From the NCBI RefSeq assembly GCF_963921235.1, contig NC_086097.1, positions 496,001 through 560,000 on the forward strand: 64,000 nt of DNA, written 5' to 3'. Positions 62,739 to 64,000 of this stretch are shown here, piece after piece. A program made the translations under genes and the position numbers. The notes beneath the pieces are model-generated. The model saw nothing but the letters and a program-made list of their open reading frames with translations, was not told where the DNA came from and searched no databases. Numbering within the stretch: the stretch's first letter is position 1; each line of letters begins with the position of its first letter. The DNA is from Mobula hypostoma (lineage: Eukaryota).

Positions 62739-63247
62739 AGAATCAGGTTTATTATCACTGGCGTAATGTTGTGAAATATATACTGGATATGTGGATTTAT
62801 AATCGTCAGTAACAATATTTATAAATATGATGGACTTTTGCAGCCTCGAACATATTCTTGAAGGCCACTGACCACATGCTTCCTCTCTGATGTGTATTTC
62901 AGTCTCCAGGTCACTCCATGTTTTTGTCACATGACTTAAGCACTAAATCATAGCACAAGGTTCAAGTTGTTGCAATGTCAAATTCATAAGAGCCACAAAA
63001 CAAATCTTTTAGTGAAAATACCCCACCAACAACCCTGTTTCAATGACACTGTGACTTCTGCCTTTGCCACAGTTAGACCGTGCTGAGGTTCAGAGGTTCT
63101 GTTCTGGGGCAGTGGTGGGGTGGGGACGATGGGGTTGTCAGCTGTTGAAGGAATAATCCACATTCATGTACAGTAATAAACCTGCCCTGGCAGATCTCCC
63201 ACACAGAACCCTGCTCCCTTTGTGCACGGCCGAGAAACATTACCTAC

Positions 63248-63415
63248 CAAGACGCAGTACAGAGAAGAAGAGCAGCCAGAACATGCAGAGGATTGGCGCA
63301 ATGATGACCTGGCTGACAGCAGCCGAGTGCAGCCGATGGTTGAGCTTGGTGGGTAAGCACGCGTAATAAATGTTATATCGATCCACCAGGTGTTTCAGCA
63401 ACATGTAGAGCAGCC
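63248..63415 (-). CDS. TMEM63C: TMEM63C (OSCA/TMEM63 mechanosensitive channel) internal coding exon, 168 bp, phase 1-1
   Basis: Translates (G)[55 protein letters not shown](G). This is the conserved TMEM63 C-terminal transmembrane region (KH.VDRYN.YY...P.KL...H..AV.Q...AP.L..FW..FFS); PTKLN/AAVSQ/LRLG fit paralogue C best. Acceptor ttatgtgtag, donor G|gtaggt. Confidence 0.93.
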
Positions 63416-64000
63416 CTACACATAAGCACAAGGACAACGTGGTCAGTTAAAGCTGTGGAGGGAGGCACAGAAGTCACGGAGAAAGAAAGGAGGAGGGACG
63501 GGAGGGAGGACAAATGGAGTAGATGACAGATGAGATACCAAGGTTGAGGAACAGACACTGAGTTAGGAAAAGATTGGGAGAAAGAGTGGTGGAAACAGGT
63601 AGGGAATAGATAGAAATAGGTGGGTCAGGGAAAAGCAGTTGAGAGGAGGTTGAGATGGGCAGGAAGAAGGGAGATAGGTGGGTCAGGGGAGGAACATTTA
63701 GGGATGGGGAGACTGAGATGTGCAGGAGGACGGAAGAATGGGCAGGTGAAGAGAGGAGGAGGAGTTGGGAGTGAAAGAGTGTGAAGAAGAAACATCATGG
63801 TCATGCACACAACTCATCAACAAACAGCATGTGGTGCAATTAATGTGAGAAACATAGCACGGCACAAAAAAGCAGAGTGTGTGGTCAGTTTCCCAATTAC
63901 CCAGTCTCTGCATGATACACAGTACATAGGAAATACAACAAATGTGTTAGGCACATCAATTCAGTTTTAAAATATAATGTTATCTTTATGAAGACTTGTC

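Noticed and set aside
63440..63790. Purine-rich tract with proline/leucine-rich minus-strand ORFs
   Set aside because: Low-complexity intronic sequence; the ORFs are compositional artefacts.

Overview
This is eukaryotic, vertebrate DNA. The repeat content (many CR1 families, an HE1-like SINE, Penelope-like elements, Rex1/Babar) suggests a cartilaginous fish, probably a ray or shark; this is an inference. The window holds the last four coding exons of a TMEM63C (OSCA/TMEM63 channel) orthologue on the minus strand: 63415-63248, 42121-42006, 21975-21901 and 7445-7251. All have canonical splice sites and compatible phases. The three introns (about 14-21 kb each) consist mostly of nested non-LTR retrotransposons. 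Notable structures: (1) a TSD-bounded Penelope-like insertion with an inverted RT half, an inverted copy of its own 3' tail, a 99-bp tandem repeat and a minimal hammerhead ribozyme, plus three further hammerhead-bearing copies; (2) a full-length T-rich L1 with a 13-bp TSD, whose ORF2 is split by a young CR1; (3) a 2.7-kb near-identical duplication (offset 4499 bp) that created a hybrid CR1; (4) a 45-bp minisatellite that starts at a TMEM63C splice donor and carries an in-frame duplicate donor; (5) near-identical inverted CR1 copies flanking two exons. I found no clearly new gene system. Family names come from motif recognition, not database searches, and boundaries of old repeats are approximate.
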